DNA of 49,705 bases, filler included, from Streblomastix strix (Eukaryota), in assembly GCA_008636045.1 (NCBI GenBank). It is 3 parts of 3 records of this genome, joined end to end, with 100 filler letters (N's around TTAATTAATTAA, not from the genome) between each part and the next. Parts side by side here need not be neighbours in the genome. Positions count along the whole stretch, not along the records: positions 1 to 16,509 come from SNRW01000799.1; 2 more parts are not named here. One strand, given 5' to 3'. The notes under the pieces are model-generated. The model ran no database searches. It was not told where the DNA came from and was given only the letters and a program-made list of their open reading frames with translations. The position numbers and the translations under genes are program-made. Of this stretch, positions 1 to 14,922 are shown piece after piece (position 1 is the first letter of the stretch; every line of letters begins with the position of its first letter).

Positions 1-3000
1 GTTTGTTTTTCAGTTCCTGTTTTACCTCCAGTTTTGGAGTGAATATCATTTTTCCCTGCTGAAACTCCAGTACTGCTTTAATTAGTAGCTTGATTCTTAG
101 ATTATTACTCGTTTGCACTTCCATTAACTTCAGTAACAACTGCATTGCCACTTCCACTGCTAGTACCGCTATTACCACCAATACCTACATTCTACTAAGT
201 TAAATCCTAACTCTAATCAGTAGATGTGCCCGTAACATACTGAATTCTGTTATAATTCGGCGAAGCCGGCGAATTATCCCCAGAATCTATCTACTACTGC
301 TGCTCCTTGTCGGGCGATTCGGATTCCGCTTGTGCAGCAACAAGTCCAGTTCCAGTATCAGATAACCTCGAATCAGCACCTTCTATTGGAGGAGAACCAA
401 CATATGATTCCTACTCGGGGTGTTGCTCGAAAATTTGAGATTCGGTTCTTTTCTCGGAGAAAAACTCGCCTCCGCTGTCATTGGTTGACACGATGGTGGT
501 GTTTAGTTTATCTGTTGATTGTGTATTTGTGGATTATGATTATGCACTTGCGGATTAGGATTATGCATTAGTTGATTAGGATTATGCATTGTTATTGCTA
601 GAAGGTGTTTAAAGTGCTGTTGATTATTTTAGAGAAGTTGATTGTTTTGGAGGTGATTGTTAGTACTGTAATAATTGTGCTATTTGGAGTTGCTGCAATA
701 TTTATTGCTATTATTATAATTGGGTTTGGTTTATTTAATTCATATTTGTATTCACAGAAGCATTTTGTCCAACAATAACTCCAGGATTTGAAGCAAAATT
801 CATTCCAGGGTTTACAGACTATTATTATTATTATTATTTATTTTCATCAGTTTATTATTATTATAATTACTATTTAGTTATATTCAAACCAACAAGTGAA
901 CTTCCTGTTGAATTATAGATTGTTCCAGTAACATTTGAGAATTGATTTTATTTCACAGTGTTTTAATTTGCATTCAGATTTTGATTAGAGTTCGAGTTTA
1001 GACTTGAAATTATATTGAAGTTTGCAAGTTGGTTGCTTTATGGCGCTGAATTAGCAATAATCTGCTATTAAGTCACTTATTGGTTAGGTTATTAACTTGA
1101 CAATTATGAAATTTAAAGTTATTATATTTAATTGATTAGCGGATTTGATCCACGCAACGAATTTCCATTTGATACATTTCCCGGGCTGTTTTATATACTT
1201 TAATTGGATAATAATTACTATTATTGTTGTTATTATAATTACTATAACTGCATCTATTGCAGCAACAGCGCAGCAGTAAGCGAATTCTGCGAATTATTCT
1301 ACGCGAGCGAATCAAAAGTTCCAGTTAGACCAAAAGATGCATTATTTAATGCAGCATTATTATTATTACTATTCATTTGAGATAATTTCGTTTTTGGTGA
1401 AACTTGAGATGATGATGGTTTATTAAGAGGAGATGTTTAATTTTAAGATGCTTTTATCAATGGTGAGTTTTAACCTGAATTTTATTCTGATAATTATTAT
1501 TATAGAGATAATTGCATTTACAATAATGAGTTTGAATGTAGAGTTGATGATTATTGTAACTATGATTACTATTGTAAGAATAACTATTATTATAGTTATA
1601 TTTGCAATCTTGGAGAGTTTAAAGAGTGAAAAGCTGAATTATTGGAGAAAATCGACACTGAATCCGATTTTTTGACGTTTGAAATATTAATATTTATATT
1701 ACTATTATTATCTTATTATGATCCATTTACATCAGTTGTATTCTATTTCCTAGAAGATTGCAATTATTATTATGCATTCCCAAGTCCGGCAGCAGCTGCG
1801 AAAGTCAAGTTCGATCCTCTTGCTGATGATTTCGCTTCTGATCCAGATTAATTGTTTGGAGTAATTTAATTGGAATTGTTATTGGGAGTTTGAAGTTATT
1901 ATAATGGGATTATAATCCTTCTTCTTTGATCAAATGGAGGTATCCAATTGTCTTCGTATGGCTTTCCTAGGATAAATGGATGTTGTAAGGCCTGAAATTA
2001 AAAGATAAAAATTAATAATAATAGAAAAAATGGTTTTATAATTAATTATGATATCAAATAACATTAATAATTTAATAATAAAATCAAATAAATTAAATAA
2101 TAAAATCAAACAAATTAAACAATTAACATAAATATATATTTATTTGATATGTTTGTATTATTCATACTTATCGAGGAGTTAATCTTCTTCTAGGATTGTA
2201 CTATAAGCACATTCTAATGAATTGAAGGAAGTTGAGGAATTCTGAGATAACAAAATAAATAAATAATATAGAATAGAATTTAAATAAATATATAGAATAT
2301 AAAAAAATAAAAATAAAGAATATAATTATTATTCATTCTACTTATTTATCTCATAAACTAATTCAATTTAAATTCAATATAATAATAATAATCAATACCT
2401 GGCTCATTAATCTTTGAAATGTTGTCTTTGCTCAACTTCAGGTAATGTTTGTCTATAGTTTCTTCGAGCGAATTAAAAAGATATGAGTATTATCTGGCAG
2501 GTTTGTTGATGCCAGTGCGCTGTTTGTATAATGGATATATATGGATATATAATAATATATAAATTATAATTGAATAATAAATTAGTACTATGAATATATA
2601 ATGTAAATAAATTCTTTATTTATTTATTATTATTATTATTAATCCATATTTTTAATTATATCAATCTACATTTACATATAATTATTATCACACCTAAACA
2701 TATTCATCTACTCCAATGAATCTGAATCCTGTTAATGCTGTTGGGTCAATGGAGAAGAATTTTCGGTATGTTTTCCCCGAATTGAGGATTTCACCTGGAA
2801 ATGGACTGGAAATATAAATAAGAAACGAAAAAATAATTGAATGTGTAATTTAAATAAGAAATAAAATTTTGATTGTATAAAAAATAAAATAATATTTAAA
2901 TATAAATATAACATTATAATAAATAAATATAAATAATATTTAAATATAAATATAACATTATAATAAATAAATAAAATTATATATATATATATATATATCA

Positions 3001-4459
3001 CACCCCATAAACTTCTGTATCCTCGCAACTTGGTCATATTCGCTTATTCCTGGGAAAAGTGGGTGTGCAATAAATAGTTCAGCAGTAATACATCCAGCTG
3101 ACCACATATCGATGTGGCAGTCGTATCTGGTTGATTGAATATAAACCAAGATTATATGTATAAATATATATATAGATAATATATGAATGATATTATATAT
3201 GGGATTGTAAATAAATAAATAAATAATTCACAAAAATAAAATAATATTTAACAAAATAAATAAATAAATTACTATGATTAAATAAATCAATACAAATACA
3301 TATATATTCATACGGTGCGCCAATAAGCACTTCAGGTGATCTGTAATATCTGCTCTATATGTATGTATACAGAGTTTTACCTTCATAAGCTGCAGATCCA
3401 AAATCGATGACCCTAACAAATGGGAGGCAGCTGATTGATGGGATAAGAAGTATGAAATATATATTTAATTATATAGTATTAGATTATATATTGTTAGGGA
3501 GGATAAATATTAAAACATTAAGTTATACAATAAATAATATATAATACTGGTCAAGAAGGATGTTTTCAGGCTTTAAATCGCTGTGAATGAGTGAAATGTC
3601 GTTTAGAAGAGCTAGTGTGTCAAGTATTTGTGCCATTATCTACAATATATCATGGAAAAGAAATAAATTGAATAATTTAATATATTAATAAAAATAAATC
3701 GCACTTTTGCTATAAGGTTGAGCGAGAAACCGCGGAACTTATTTTGCTTCATCACAGAATATAAATCAATTCCAAGCATCTCCGTGACGAAACAGAAATG
3801 TCCATAGAATGTGAAAGAATCTACTAATCGTAACATATGGTGCTGGTCAACTTTATCGGCAAGTGAAATCTAACAAAAGGATAAGGCAAATTAAAATAAA
3901 AAATTAAAAATAAATTAAATTCAAGCAAAAATCGCTAAGCAAACGTCTGTTAGTATTTATCGTTCGAGGCCGGCTTGCTTCGTATAAGCAGGTAGGTTTT
4001 TTATTACTTTTATAGCATATGTTGCATGCGTTTCTTTTTCAAGGCATCTGAAAACTTGGCCGAAGCTTCCCTGCCCAAGAAGTGCTTCGACTGCATATTA
4101 CTACTTTTTTCCTGATATTGAATTACCATGCGGTTCAATAATATCGCCAACATGGAAAATATAATCTCCAGCTTCGTCTGTAAAAAAAGATATAAAATTA
4201 AAAAAAAATAAAACTGGTATAGCTTAACAAACTGTCACGTCCATTATTTTTTACTGCTTCGGATGGAACTGTAAGTATCTTACCAAATTTTGATTTATCA
4301 TCAGTGTATTTAAAATTTGATGAACAGGCACGAAAAGTCGAACAGAGCGAAAGTGTGAGTTTTTCCACCGTCTGGTTCAGCAAAAATCATTAATAATTTC
4401 AAAATAATATTATTTCTTAAATAACATTTGGATATTCATACGCTTGTACTTTTACTCAT
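1..4459 (-). CDS. YAK1: Yak1/DYRK-family dual-specificity protein kinase; multi-exon, long Q/N/S-rich C-terminal tail running off the window start (3' partial)
   Basis: Minus-strand exons give MSKSTS|TVEKLTLSLCSTF, LGQGSFGQVFRC, AIKVIKNLPAYTKQAGLE, HSDLKPENILL, IDFGSA, the activation-loop YxY in TYIQSRYYRSPEVLIG, and DMWSAGCI. Introns are GT-AG. The tail (1-1990) is open only if TAA/TAG = Gln. Confidence 0.88.
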
Positions 4460-5144
4460 AGCAGGTGGTTAGAAATAAAGCAGGAGTTTCCATAGGCTCG
4501 TTACAAAAATTTTATATTTTTGAAAACCACATTTCTTGCGAGATGTTCTACAAATTAAATTCTATTATTTTATTTTAAATCAATTTGTCAAAAATTTTTG
4601 AAATAATTATTATTAAATAAATATTTTAATTTTAGATTTTTAATAATATTATAAAGACGGGCATTGTGTCAACATTTAATTTTTCATCAACTTAAGTAAG
4701 TCAACGAGTGATTTGCATGTTAGACATCAAAAATGATGTCATCAAGTTGGTAGACATAGTTTTCAACATCAACTTTAGTGAATCAAAAAGAGATAAATTT
4801 CAAGAGTACATAAAACTAAGCACGTTTCATATTTGATAAGCAAAAATTAAGTGTGTTTCGTTCTTTGTCGAGCAAAAATTAACCAAATTTCGCATCGTAT
4901 GAGCTCTGTTTTGATGTCTTCTCATGCTCATCGCCCATTAATTTACTAAAAATATTATGATTAATGTGCCTGTAAAAATATTAAAAATAATGGAAACTAG
5001 AATTTCTATTATAATTCTTGAAATTTAACTAAAATTAATAGAAAAAATAAAAAAATGTCGGAATTGGCGAATGATCTATTTGTTGTTTGACAATTTTTAT
5101 AATTATGCGATTGATTAATAGAATTTAAGCAAAAGTGAATGATT

Positions 5145-5906
5145 TCACTCATTAAATGATACTTAACCTTGTTTCACCGAATTTATGAACTCATTTATTT
5201 ACTAAGCCCGTACCACATTTTCTGAATATCTGCTTGATGTCAGGACTTGATATTTTGTACCAGGATATATTACTCCTACTCCTATTCGAATTTCAAGCGA
5301 TATTACTGTAATTGCCACAGGTAGGAATTTCGCATTCACTTTGAAGGTTGCAGTTTTATTTTTAGATTGCGTAAGAATTTGTAACGACAATATATCACCG
5401 ATTTTGATTAATTCATAACTTAAGTGATCTGCGTTGTCTTTATCAGCAATTAATGTACTCTATGTTGGAAAGATATATGGTATTCCACCTCCGCGTTCGA
5501 TTCTAATCATAGAATCTTGCTGAACTAAAGCAATTGTACTTTGATTTTAACCGAGCAAGTATGTTTTTCCGTAACCGCTTCTTTTTAATTTTCCAATTCT
5601 TTCTCTAATCGATTTTAAGCTATGAAATTGTACGGATTCTGTTATTAGCAGATCGATTATAGTTAAGTTCGAATTATTGTTGATGATTAATATTGAAGAT
5701 TTCTGTTTTGAAGTACCATTTAGAAGTCTGCTGTCCTTATTGAGTTTCTTCGAATTTTGATTAGTAAGATGAAATATTAGAACTTGAGATTCAGTAACTT
5801 CTTACTATTATTCTTTATTTTTCAACAATTAAAGCTTAGAATTTGCCTTTTAAGAGATGATATTATAAAATCCACATTTTTTTTATAGCTCAATTTCAGA
5901 CTCCAT
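5145..5906 (-). CDS. Hypothetical protein (~253 aa, single exon as read; upstream exons possible)
   Basis: ATG at 5906 (MESEIELQKKCGFY...) to TGA at 5145 is open when TAA/TAG = Gln and includes the track ORF 5202..5390. No recognisable motif. Confidence 0.55.
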
Positions 5907-8900
5907 TTGTTTAGAACTATCAATCAACTGTTTGGCTCATTATCACCCATTCTATATTTCATATTGAACATATTTTATAAGATTGCTGAATGTATCTGGA
6001 AAGAAGCCGGATTTTTTTATAGATTCTATTGCGCTAAAATTCAACTTTTTTTTCCACATATATTTTATTCTATAAGAATGTCAACTATTTTTTACGCAGC
6101 TTAGCTTCCTTATAATGCAGGATTTTGGATTCTATTTCTATATTTCAAAGATATTATATTGATTTGTTCAAAAAAACTTTTTGAAGCAAAAATTAATAAA
6201 ATCAGTAGTTAAATCTGATTTTGACATTAATTGAACGATTATTTGAGATTGAAGATATTATTGTGGCTTTTGATATATTCACGCCAGAATAAATTTTTAA
6301 GAATGATGACATGAGGAAGGAATGTGGAAATGAATAAAATTAACTAATATTTAAATAATTCTTACAAATAAATAATTAATAATCAAAAGCTTTTCTTGAT
6401 TAATGATAAATTCTAAAAACCACATTAAAACATTTTAAGCAATAAATTTAGTGCTTCATATACATATCGGATTATATTAGATTAACATAAATTTAATAAA
6501 TATAATTATGTAAGAAATATCGTTAAAATTCGTTTAAAAATTCATTTTTAAACAGTTGAGGTTGAAAGACTATTTATTACAATAAATTTAGTGATCCAGA
6601 ATATTTAGCGTATTTTCGATTTATATTTTAAAAATTAAATTTTTTAAATTAAATTATATTTAAAGAATACATTCTTAAGACAAAGCCAAATATATACTGG
6701 ACTTTTATTTATGAAATTGACTTGATTAAGAAGTGTTTCGCAGACTTTAATCGAAGATTGCTGGCATTTCCTGAAACAGAAGCAGATTGCGAACGGATAT
6801 CATCTTTTGACATATCTCTTTATTAGTCCTAAGGTTAATTCTATTTTTTATCTAATCTAGTTCATTTCATAAAATTTAAATTGCATTTTTTAAAAAATCA
6901 TAAATCTATTATATCTACGCTTGTCATGTGTTATCTATAAAATAAAAAAATTTAAAATTAAAATTGTAAAAGATGTAAAAAAAAATTTATGTATGTTTCC
7001 AATATTTTTCATATTTTCGAATTATATAATATGAATTATTTTAAATCATTAATATATCAACATTTTTGCAACTAAAATTATTATTTGGCGAATGAAACAA
7101 TACTTTGAGATGAAATCCTTATTATTAAAGAAATTTATATCAATTTTCTATTATAGATATGCAATGTAAGAATTAAAATCTATATTATTACTGAAATTCT
7201 TTGTAAAAAAAAAGAAGATTTATTTAAAAATTATTTATATTTCTTTATTTTTTCTTACAAAATCGTTTATTTCGCAATTTTTCCTTCTTCTATCTTATTT
7301 AAAATGATATATAAATGTTATTGGAATTAATTTTATATGTAATGTAAGATTAATTTTATTAAACATTTAAAGAAATTTATTGTTATAGCTTTTGTGTATT
7401 AATTAAATGAAGATTTAATCTATCTATATTTAATTTTTTTATGCAATTCTTCTAGAATTAATATTATTAGCTGAAATTAAATATTCGTTTAAAAAATTTA
7501 ACTATAAATTGCTAATAATAATCAATTTAATTAAGTTTTAGTTAATAGTTAAAAAAATTAAAAATTTTATAAAACAAACGTTAAATTTAAATTTTACTTA
7601 TCAATTTAATTAAAAATTTTAAAATATTTAAATTTTTATTAATTACAAATTAAATTTAAGCCGGATATGTTTAAAATTTCGAAATTTAATTAGAAATCTA
7701 AATTAACTAAAAATTTCACTATTTTTAATTAATATTTTTTTAAATTATGATCAAAATAATTTTTTAAATATTTATTTCTAAAATTTATACAACCTTTGAT
7801 GAATAAGAACCAAAATGAATCAATTTATATATTTTATAGAAATTTATCTTCGTGAGTGTTGAATATTTTAATGAATTAGAAATAATAATTAGATTACAAT
7901 ATATAATGTAAATAAATAAAATATTCAGAATTCAAAGTTGGCCTAATTTAACTTTTTTTTGAAAAAAAAAACAAAAGTTAACATCATATTTATATTACTA
8001 TATTTATATAATTCAAATGCACTCATCTTTTTTCTGTCTTTCGCAATTTAGTTATTTATAATTTTATTTTTTATTATAATATTTTATATTCAGAAATATC
8101 CAATTGGTAAATTTAAATTAATTTAGTACTGAAGGGGGTCCTGTTGGATTAGGTGAATTTATTCTACTTGAAATTGCTACTGAATTGATTGATTTTGAAG
8201 ATCTTTAATTACTTGCCTGTGTTAATAAAAAACGTTTCAACCTAAAAAAAACGCATCAGATTTCATAAATCAATCGATAATAAAATAAGTATGAAGATAA
8301 TTTCAATTCAAAATTCAATAAATTTTAAAGATATTTTTAAGTAAAACTTCTTAATTATATTATTATTATGTAATATTTGTTTTTTATACTTAGTCAAGAA
8401 TACATACTAGTTCTATCAGGTTTTATGACTATTTCGTTTTATTCTATCTTTTAAATGATCTCCATTCTCATGTTATAAATTGATTATATCAGTACAATCT
8501 TCTATATTATTATTTGTATCATCTACAATATGTCATATTGCATAATTTCAACTCAATGCTGTAATCAAAAAATGATAAAAATTTTCAATTAAGGTGATAA
8601 AACTGGAAACTCTGCAAATCCAAAATGTAGTATTTTTGATAAATCTAACGAACAGAAGAAAAATAAAATAAATAAAATAAAAATGGATAAAATATAATGT
8701 TTTAATGAACAAGAAATTCGTTTCAAAAAAAAATTTTAAGGAAATTGAATTATTAGTAACATTTATGAAATAATTTTGTTTGCAAGGCAAGTGCTATAAG
8801 GAAATTTTTAGTTTTATTTTGTATAAAATGGTATATAATAAAAAATACGCACTTTAAATATTTTGTTAATCATTCAATATACAGAATTATCGGCATTTCG

Positions 8901-9318
8901 TTTATTAGTTATTTCAGATGAATTTGTAATTATATATCAATATTTAAACAAACAATATTCATAAATTGCTGTTCAAATGTATACGTGATGAAAAACCTAA
9001 AAACAAATTTTATTGGTCGATGAGGGCGTGTCCCTTATGTATGAAGTAATTAAAGTTGTTTCGCATAATGTGAACATGCAAAAAATGTTAAGTGCCCCCG
9101 ATGTCATCGGTGAGTGGCGCCCTGACAGTCACGCTCAGTCAAGCATGACATCCTTACTATTATTTATATTTAAAATTCAATAAAATTATTTAAATTATAA
9201 TTAATTAATATATTAATTTTATTATAAAATACTAACATTATTTTTATTATAGTTAAAAGCAAAATTGTTATTGAATAGTGTTTCAAAAATATTTTTTTAT
9301 AATTGATTTTTTGAAGCG

Positions 9319-11209
9319 ATGGCTACGAGTTTCTCTGATTCGCTTCGCTCACCTGAATCAATGACAATTTAAAGTGGAAATATCAAAGTTTTTTTAATAT
9401 TTACTTTTTTTTCTAACAGAAATAATTCTCAATTTCATTAATTTAATTATTTTGCACTCTTAGAAAGAGATTGCTTTTCTTGTTGGTGGTCTTCAGACGG
9501 AAGATAAAGAACAATAATCATAAATCACATCAAGACTTCTTGCAATTGCTCAGAACGGTTTTATAATAAATTTTAATTAATTAATTTATTTTTTTTTAAT
9601 TTTTTTCAATATTAAATTTTTTAAAATTTTCAATTATCAGAATGTCCTTAAGCTTCTTATTCCCTATTATTATATCCACTTTTTACACTTCTTCTGGTTT
9701 GCATTCAATTTCCTTTTTATTAATTTAATTTATTTTTTTATTTTTAAGAATGGAAATATTGATGCTTCGTCTGCTGCTTAATTAGCTATCATTACTCTTG
9801 TGAATAGTTCCGATGATGTCAGAAGTGCTTTGATAAAGATTGGATTCATTGAAACTGCTCGACAAGTTCTGGTTTACAATTTTTATTTATTTATTTTTCT
9901 ATTTAGTTTTTCTATTAATTAATTAATTAGATTGATTAAAATACACCGAATCATACTGAATCAAATGTACTTGATGTTATTTAGAATGTTTTATTCCAAG
10001 GAGTGAATGCCAATGAGATGATTGGACTTGTTTCTATTCTTTCTTAATTATCAGAAGAAAAATCGGAAGAAAAGAAGAAAATTGCATAAAAAGCGAAAAT
10101 GATTCTAAATCTATTATCTGGATTTGGAATAACTGGATCATCTTCATCAAACAATGTTCAATTAGAGTAAGTAAATGAAGAACTGAAAATTCAAATTGAA
10201 GAATAATAACGAAATAATAACGAACTTTAAAGAAAAGATTAAGAAAAGTAAAGAATTATTGATGAAAAGAATATTTTGATTTCTGAACTTTAGAGAAAAG
10301 ATGAAGAAAATAAGTAAGTAGATGAAGAAAACAAAAGGAAGATTGCTGATCTTGAGAGATAACTTGCAGATTCAAAATCAAAACCCATCATTAATAACAA
10401 AACTATTTCTTAACCAAAATCAGATGAAATTCCAATATCAATCACTGTTCCATCTGGGTCATATTCAAAGAAAGAAGGAGAATTCACTTATACCTCAACG
10501 AAAGACAGTGAAAAAATATTTCCAATTGACAAATAAATTACAGAAGGAATTTTCAAATTGGAGTTCAAGATCAACAAATTAGAAAGATTGTTATGTTTGC
10601 CTGTAATTCTCATTAATATTATTTATCTATTTTTATTTTACAGATATTGGAGTAATGAAATCAGGCCCATCGGTCCCCTTTGATAAATGTCCTAATGATT
10701 ATCCTTGTGTGTAAATTTAACTTTATTTTATAAAATTAAATCTATTTATTTATCTCTTTTTTATATATTTTTTAGATAGAAAAAATTGCATGTACTTCAA
10801 CTTTAAGTATGAAAAGAACAAATCCAATAACAATAATATTTACTTATATGATTATATTATTTATTAAATTCAGAGGGTGTATATATTCGAATGGAAAAGA
10901 AACACATGGAAATCAAAGAATGAAAGAAGGAGATATAATTGAATTAGAAGTCAATATGGATATTGTGCAAAGGACCGTCAGACTGTTCATCAATGGAGTA
11001 TTATAACCAGTTTATATGAGTGGAATTCCAGATTCGATCCAATTCTTCGTATGATAATTTATTTAAATATTTGAAAAAGAATATATTATATATTTTTTTA
11101 GTTTAATTTATACTATAAAGAAAATTCTGTTACCGTTTTATCACTGAAGCGCTTATATTCTCCAACAAATGCAACTGTTACTGGAGCAATAGAAATGAAA
11201 TGGGAATGA
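9319..11209 (+). CDS. Hypothetical multi-exon protein: helical N-terminus, central coiled coil, SPRY/B30.2-like beta C-terminus
   Basis: Starts MATSFSDSLRSPES at 9319 and has several short AT-rich GT-AG introns. A K/E/Q coiled coil spans ~10160-10380. The C-terminus reads GNQRMKEGDIIELEVNMDIVQRTVRLFINGVLQPVYMSGIPDSIQFF...EMKWE-TGA (11207-11209). The SPRY-like assignment is by resemblance only. Confidence 0.7.
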
Positions 11210-11469
11210 AGAAGAATGAATATGTCAAGATTGTAGTTGCCTGGTCATATCAGATGAGTCTAACGCAAAATAAAAAGCGATAAATATTCTAATTTTATTG
11301 TTTTATATTTTAGTTTTTATTGATAAAATAAGACTTTCGTTATATTAAAATAAAGATCGAACTGAAGTGTAATGAATTGTAATGAAATGAAATGAAATGT
11401 ATGATTTGATCAATGAAATAGAAAATTGGTTTCCCATTCAATGATCAAAATATTGAAATGATAAAAGTT

Positions 11470-14400
11470 TCAAAATTTCTTTTTCTTTTTCTTAGGATCG
11501 ATTGCAACATATTCAGGAACAAGTTTTGGTAGTCCAGGTTTAAATACTTCATAGATCTTTCTTTCACTCAATTCGCATGTTTAGAATTTCTTAAGAACAT
11601 TAATAAATTCGGACGTTTTCAGAGCTCCTTCATTCGCATTTTCATTCATAAACTTGATTCTTGAAGATTAAAGAACTTCATAGCAAACTTATCTGATTGT
11701 GAGACCAGTATACCATTCTGACAAATGCGCTAATAATCCAATATCTAATCTCTTCGTGATTATTCCTCCATATTCGGTGATAAACTTTGTCCAAAGATTA
11801 AATAATGCAGAATGATGTGGTCTAGGAACATGGAATTGCAGTTTGAATAAGTCAGAAAGGTCTTTTGGAACTGCATCTAAATTGAATGATATAGAAATAC
11901 AAAAATTATAAATGACAATATAATATATAATAATATTTAAATTTGAGTAATATATCAATCATACCAAACGGTTCAGAAGATTCACCAATAACAATTACTT
12001 TATCTTTTGGTGCAAGCCCACGAACTTCAAATTCAATCAACTCAATCATTTCTTGTGCCAATAATCCTAATCTTTCTTATTCAATCTTCTCAGCAGTTGG
12101 TGGAATTTCAATTATTCCTTTTTTCTTTTTCTTCTTCTTCTTCTTTTTCTTCTTCTTTTTACCCTTCTTTCCACCTTATGATTATAAATAGAATAATTCA
12201 ACTTTGTCAATGTATATGATTGTTGGTTATAATTCGCGAGCAAGCTAATAAATATTGATAAAATTAAATTAAATATAATCATAATGAAAAAATCATAATT
12301 TAAATATTCTAAGTTATTATTAATGTAAATAATTCAAACCTGAAATATCTCTTTCATGAATCCGCCATTAACCTTCATTCTTTCCCAAACAATATGAGGA
12401 GAAAGAACTAAAAAAGTTGCTTTTGATTCAGTTACTAAAGATCTAATTAACATTGTTTTCCCAACACCTTTCGAACCATAGAATAAAAGTGTTTTCGGAG
12501 GATTTATGTTTTCAAGCTATATGTTTATAATAGAAATATAGTAATAACATATTTGAATTTTATATAAAATCAACCATAATTTGTATATAATTTAAATAAA
12601 TATTAAAAATACAATCATATATTTATTCAAATATTATATGCTCATACATTTTCTTGTGACATAGAAAGTGGGAAAAGTGCAAATTCAATTCCAAGTAGCT
12701 TCATTTCTGCCATTGTTAAGTTGCGAGATGTCTTATTCAGTTGTTTTAGAGATGCAAGAAGGTCCCAATCTCCAATAATTGATTCGAGTTCGACATGTGG
12801 ACACTGATTTATGAATATAAATATTAGTATGAATTATGAATTAAATGCATTACATAATATTATTGAATTTAATATTTTATTCTATATAAGTATATAAATA
12901 TTAATGAAAATTTTAAAGATATTTAAATTCATATTAATATTTATATTCAAAATTATCAAACCTCTTATACCACTCCAATCATAGTATATTTAGCAAACAG
13001 AATTTCAACTTCCATCGAAGTGAGTGGAATTGGCGGGGGTATTTCTTTTGCTTGCTTCTTCTTCTTCTTCTTTTTAGCTTTCTTCTTCTTTTTCTTCTTC
13101 TTCTTTCCAAACATTTACGCTCGAGTATCAAAATCATCCCTCAATCTGAGATTATAAAGTTCTTCCTTCAATTGAATATCAAGCTCTTTCCTTATCGTAT
13201 CTTCTGCTTCTATCAACTTAGGCGTAATTGTCAGATCTGGAACGCATTCCTAGTCAAAATTATTGCTCTCGTCCATTTACTACCAAACCGATGTATAATT
13301 GTCCAAACACTCCTTTATAGGATGTATCGCATACGAAACAGGCATCTTAATGGGGTCTTCAGGTGCATCAGGATCAGGCGGAGGTTCTTTCTTCTTCTTC
13401 TTCTTCTTTCCCCGATCGATTATTTTCTTAACTTCAGCTTTTTTCTTCTTTTTCTTTTTGAGGTCTTTTGGGTCTGGTTCAGGTGGGGGTTTTGGGAATC
13501 TTTCTGGGTGGAAGAATTTCTCGGATGAAAAAGCTGGTTCTTCGAAGTACTGCTCTGGATATTCGCCTGTTTGCTGATATTATTAATAATATTAGAATAG
13601 TTATAAATTAGTGATGATTTATTTATATTTAATAATAAATAAATAATAAAAATATGATTAAAATTATTATCAATTAAATTATTATTATTACCACTTTAGT
13701 TTATTCCCAGAATGTTCGAATCTTACTTTTCATATTTTCAGCCATCCGAATTCCATCTTTTTCAATAATCTCATTAAATTGATTCTTCTTCGCAATTTCA
13801 AACAAATTCAAATTCTTCTACTAATCGCATTTAGACTTAATTTGCGCTTTCATTAACAATTCCAATCTTTTGTATGGTGGTGTAGAAGGCTGCAATCCCA
13901 AAAGTATTTCTTCTCTCCTTCTCATCTAATCCACTTTCTTCCGAGTAATCCATCCTCGATACACCCTTTGAATTATCTCACATGCTTCTTTGCGGGTTTT
14001 TTACTGTGTTTTAGTAAAGATGCTCATATACTCAAGTTTCAGGAAGCTTGATCGATCTTTCCCTTGTTTTAACCGAGCGGCTTATTGGACGATGATAACT
14101 GCTTTTTCAAATGATATATCAGCTACTTGAACAGTATCAATGTCTTCTGGTCTTGGCGCATCGTAGTTCTGCAGTAGAACATTCTGCAAGAATAAATAAA
14201 TAAAATAAAAAAAAAATTTCAATTTATACATATAATTTTTATAAAATATTAAAATAATATTTATTTTTTGTATTAAATTAATATAATACAAGTAGTTCAG
14301 ATTAATACTCAATCTTTCTCGTTCTATTCTCCAGTAATGTGCGTGGAGGTCGAATCTCCAAATCAGCAAAAGTTAGTTTGAGGCTGACCAAAATATCATC

Positions 14401-14922
14401 AAGATCAATTACTGGCGAGTGGCGTATTTTAACTAAGAACTATTATTTTAATTATATATTAACATATATTCATTTCATTTATTAATTTTATTTATGTACT
14501 AAATCTTAATTGATTCTCATACATGCTTTAACTCGTAAATTCTGCCTATTACAGCATTAAGCTCTTGTGACATCACTTCGCGCTTCTGTGGGTGAACTGT
14601 ATACTCTACAACTTCTTCCAGTTTGTTGTATATCTATATATATTGCACATATAGAGTCGCATAGAAGCGAAATTTGTCTTGATTACCTTTAGGGAGGAGG
14701 GATTTTTCTTGAGGAACTTCTAATTCTGGATGAAAAATAAAAAAATGTAATAATTTAATGAAACATATTATATTTATTTTAAATATTTAATACAAACCTA
14801 ATTAATTGAAGAGCTAAAAAAACCAATTTAAAGCAAAATTATAATGCAATCAAACAAAAAATAAAATTTCAAACTTTATCTATTTAATCCCGCCACTGCC
14901 GATCGTAATAGGCATTAGACAT
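11470..14922 (-). CDS. IQCA1: IQ and AAA domain-containing protein (dynein regulatory complex subunit 11), multi-exon
   Basis: N-terminus MSNAYYDRQW and VHPQKRE motif; IQ-like IIQRVYRGWITRK; lysine-rich linkers; Walker A LFYGSKGVGKTML (~12450-12490); ends DPKKKKKKF-TGA at 11470. Confidence 0.88.

Noticed and set aside
531..590. Imperfect GGATTATGCA repeats
   Set aside because: Low-complexity coding repeats in the kinase tail; no unique spacers, so not a CRISPR-like array.
2977..2998. (TA)n microsatellite (also ~39193-39208)
   Set aside because: Ordinary intronic simple repeats.
8010..8242. Exon-like minus-strand stretch (LKRFLLTQASNQRSSKSINSVAISSRINSPNPTGPPSVL)
   Set aside because: No start, partner exons or motif could be supported; possibly a gene relic.
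13052..13577. Plus-strand track ORFs rich in F/L (also 11943-12219, 36145-36392, 36791-36991, 37366-37605)
   Set aside because: Antisense shadows of K/E-rich minus-strand exons of IQCA1 and the ABCC gene.
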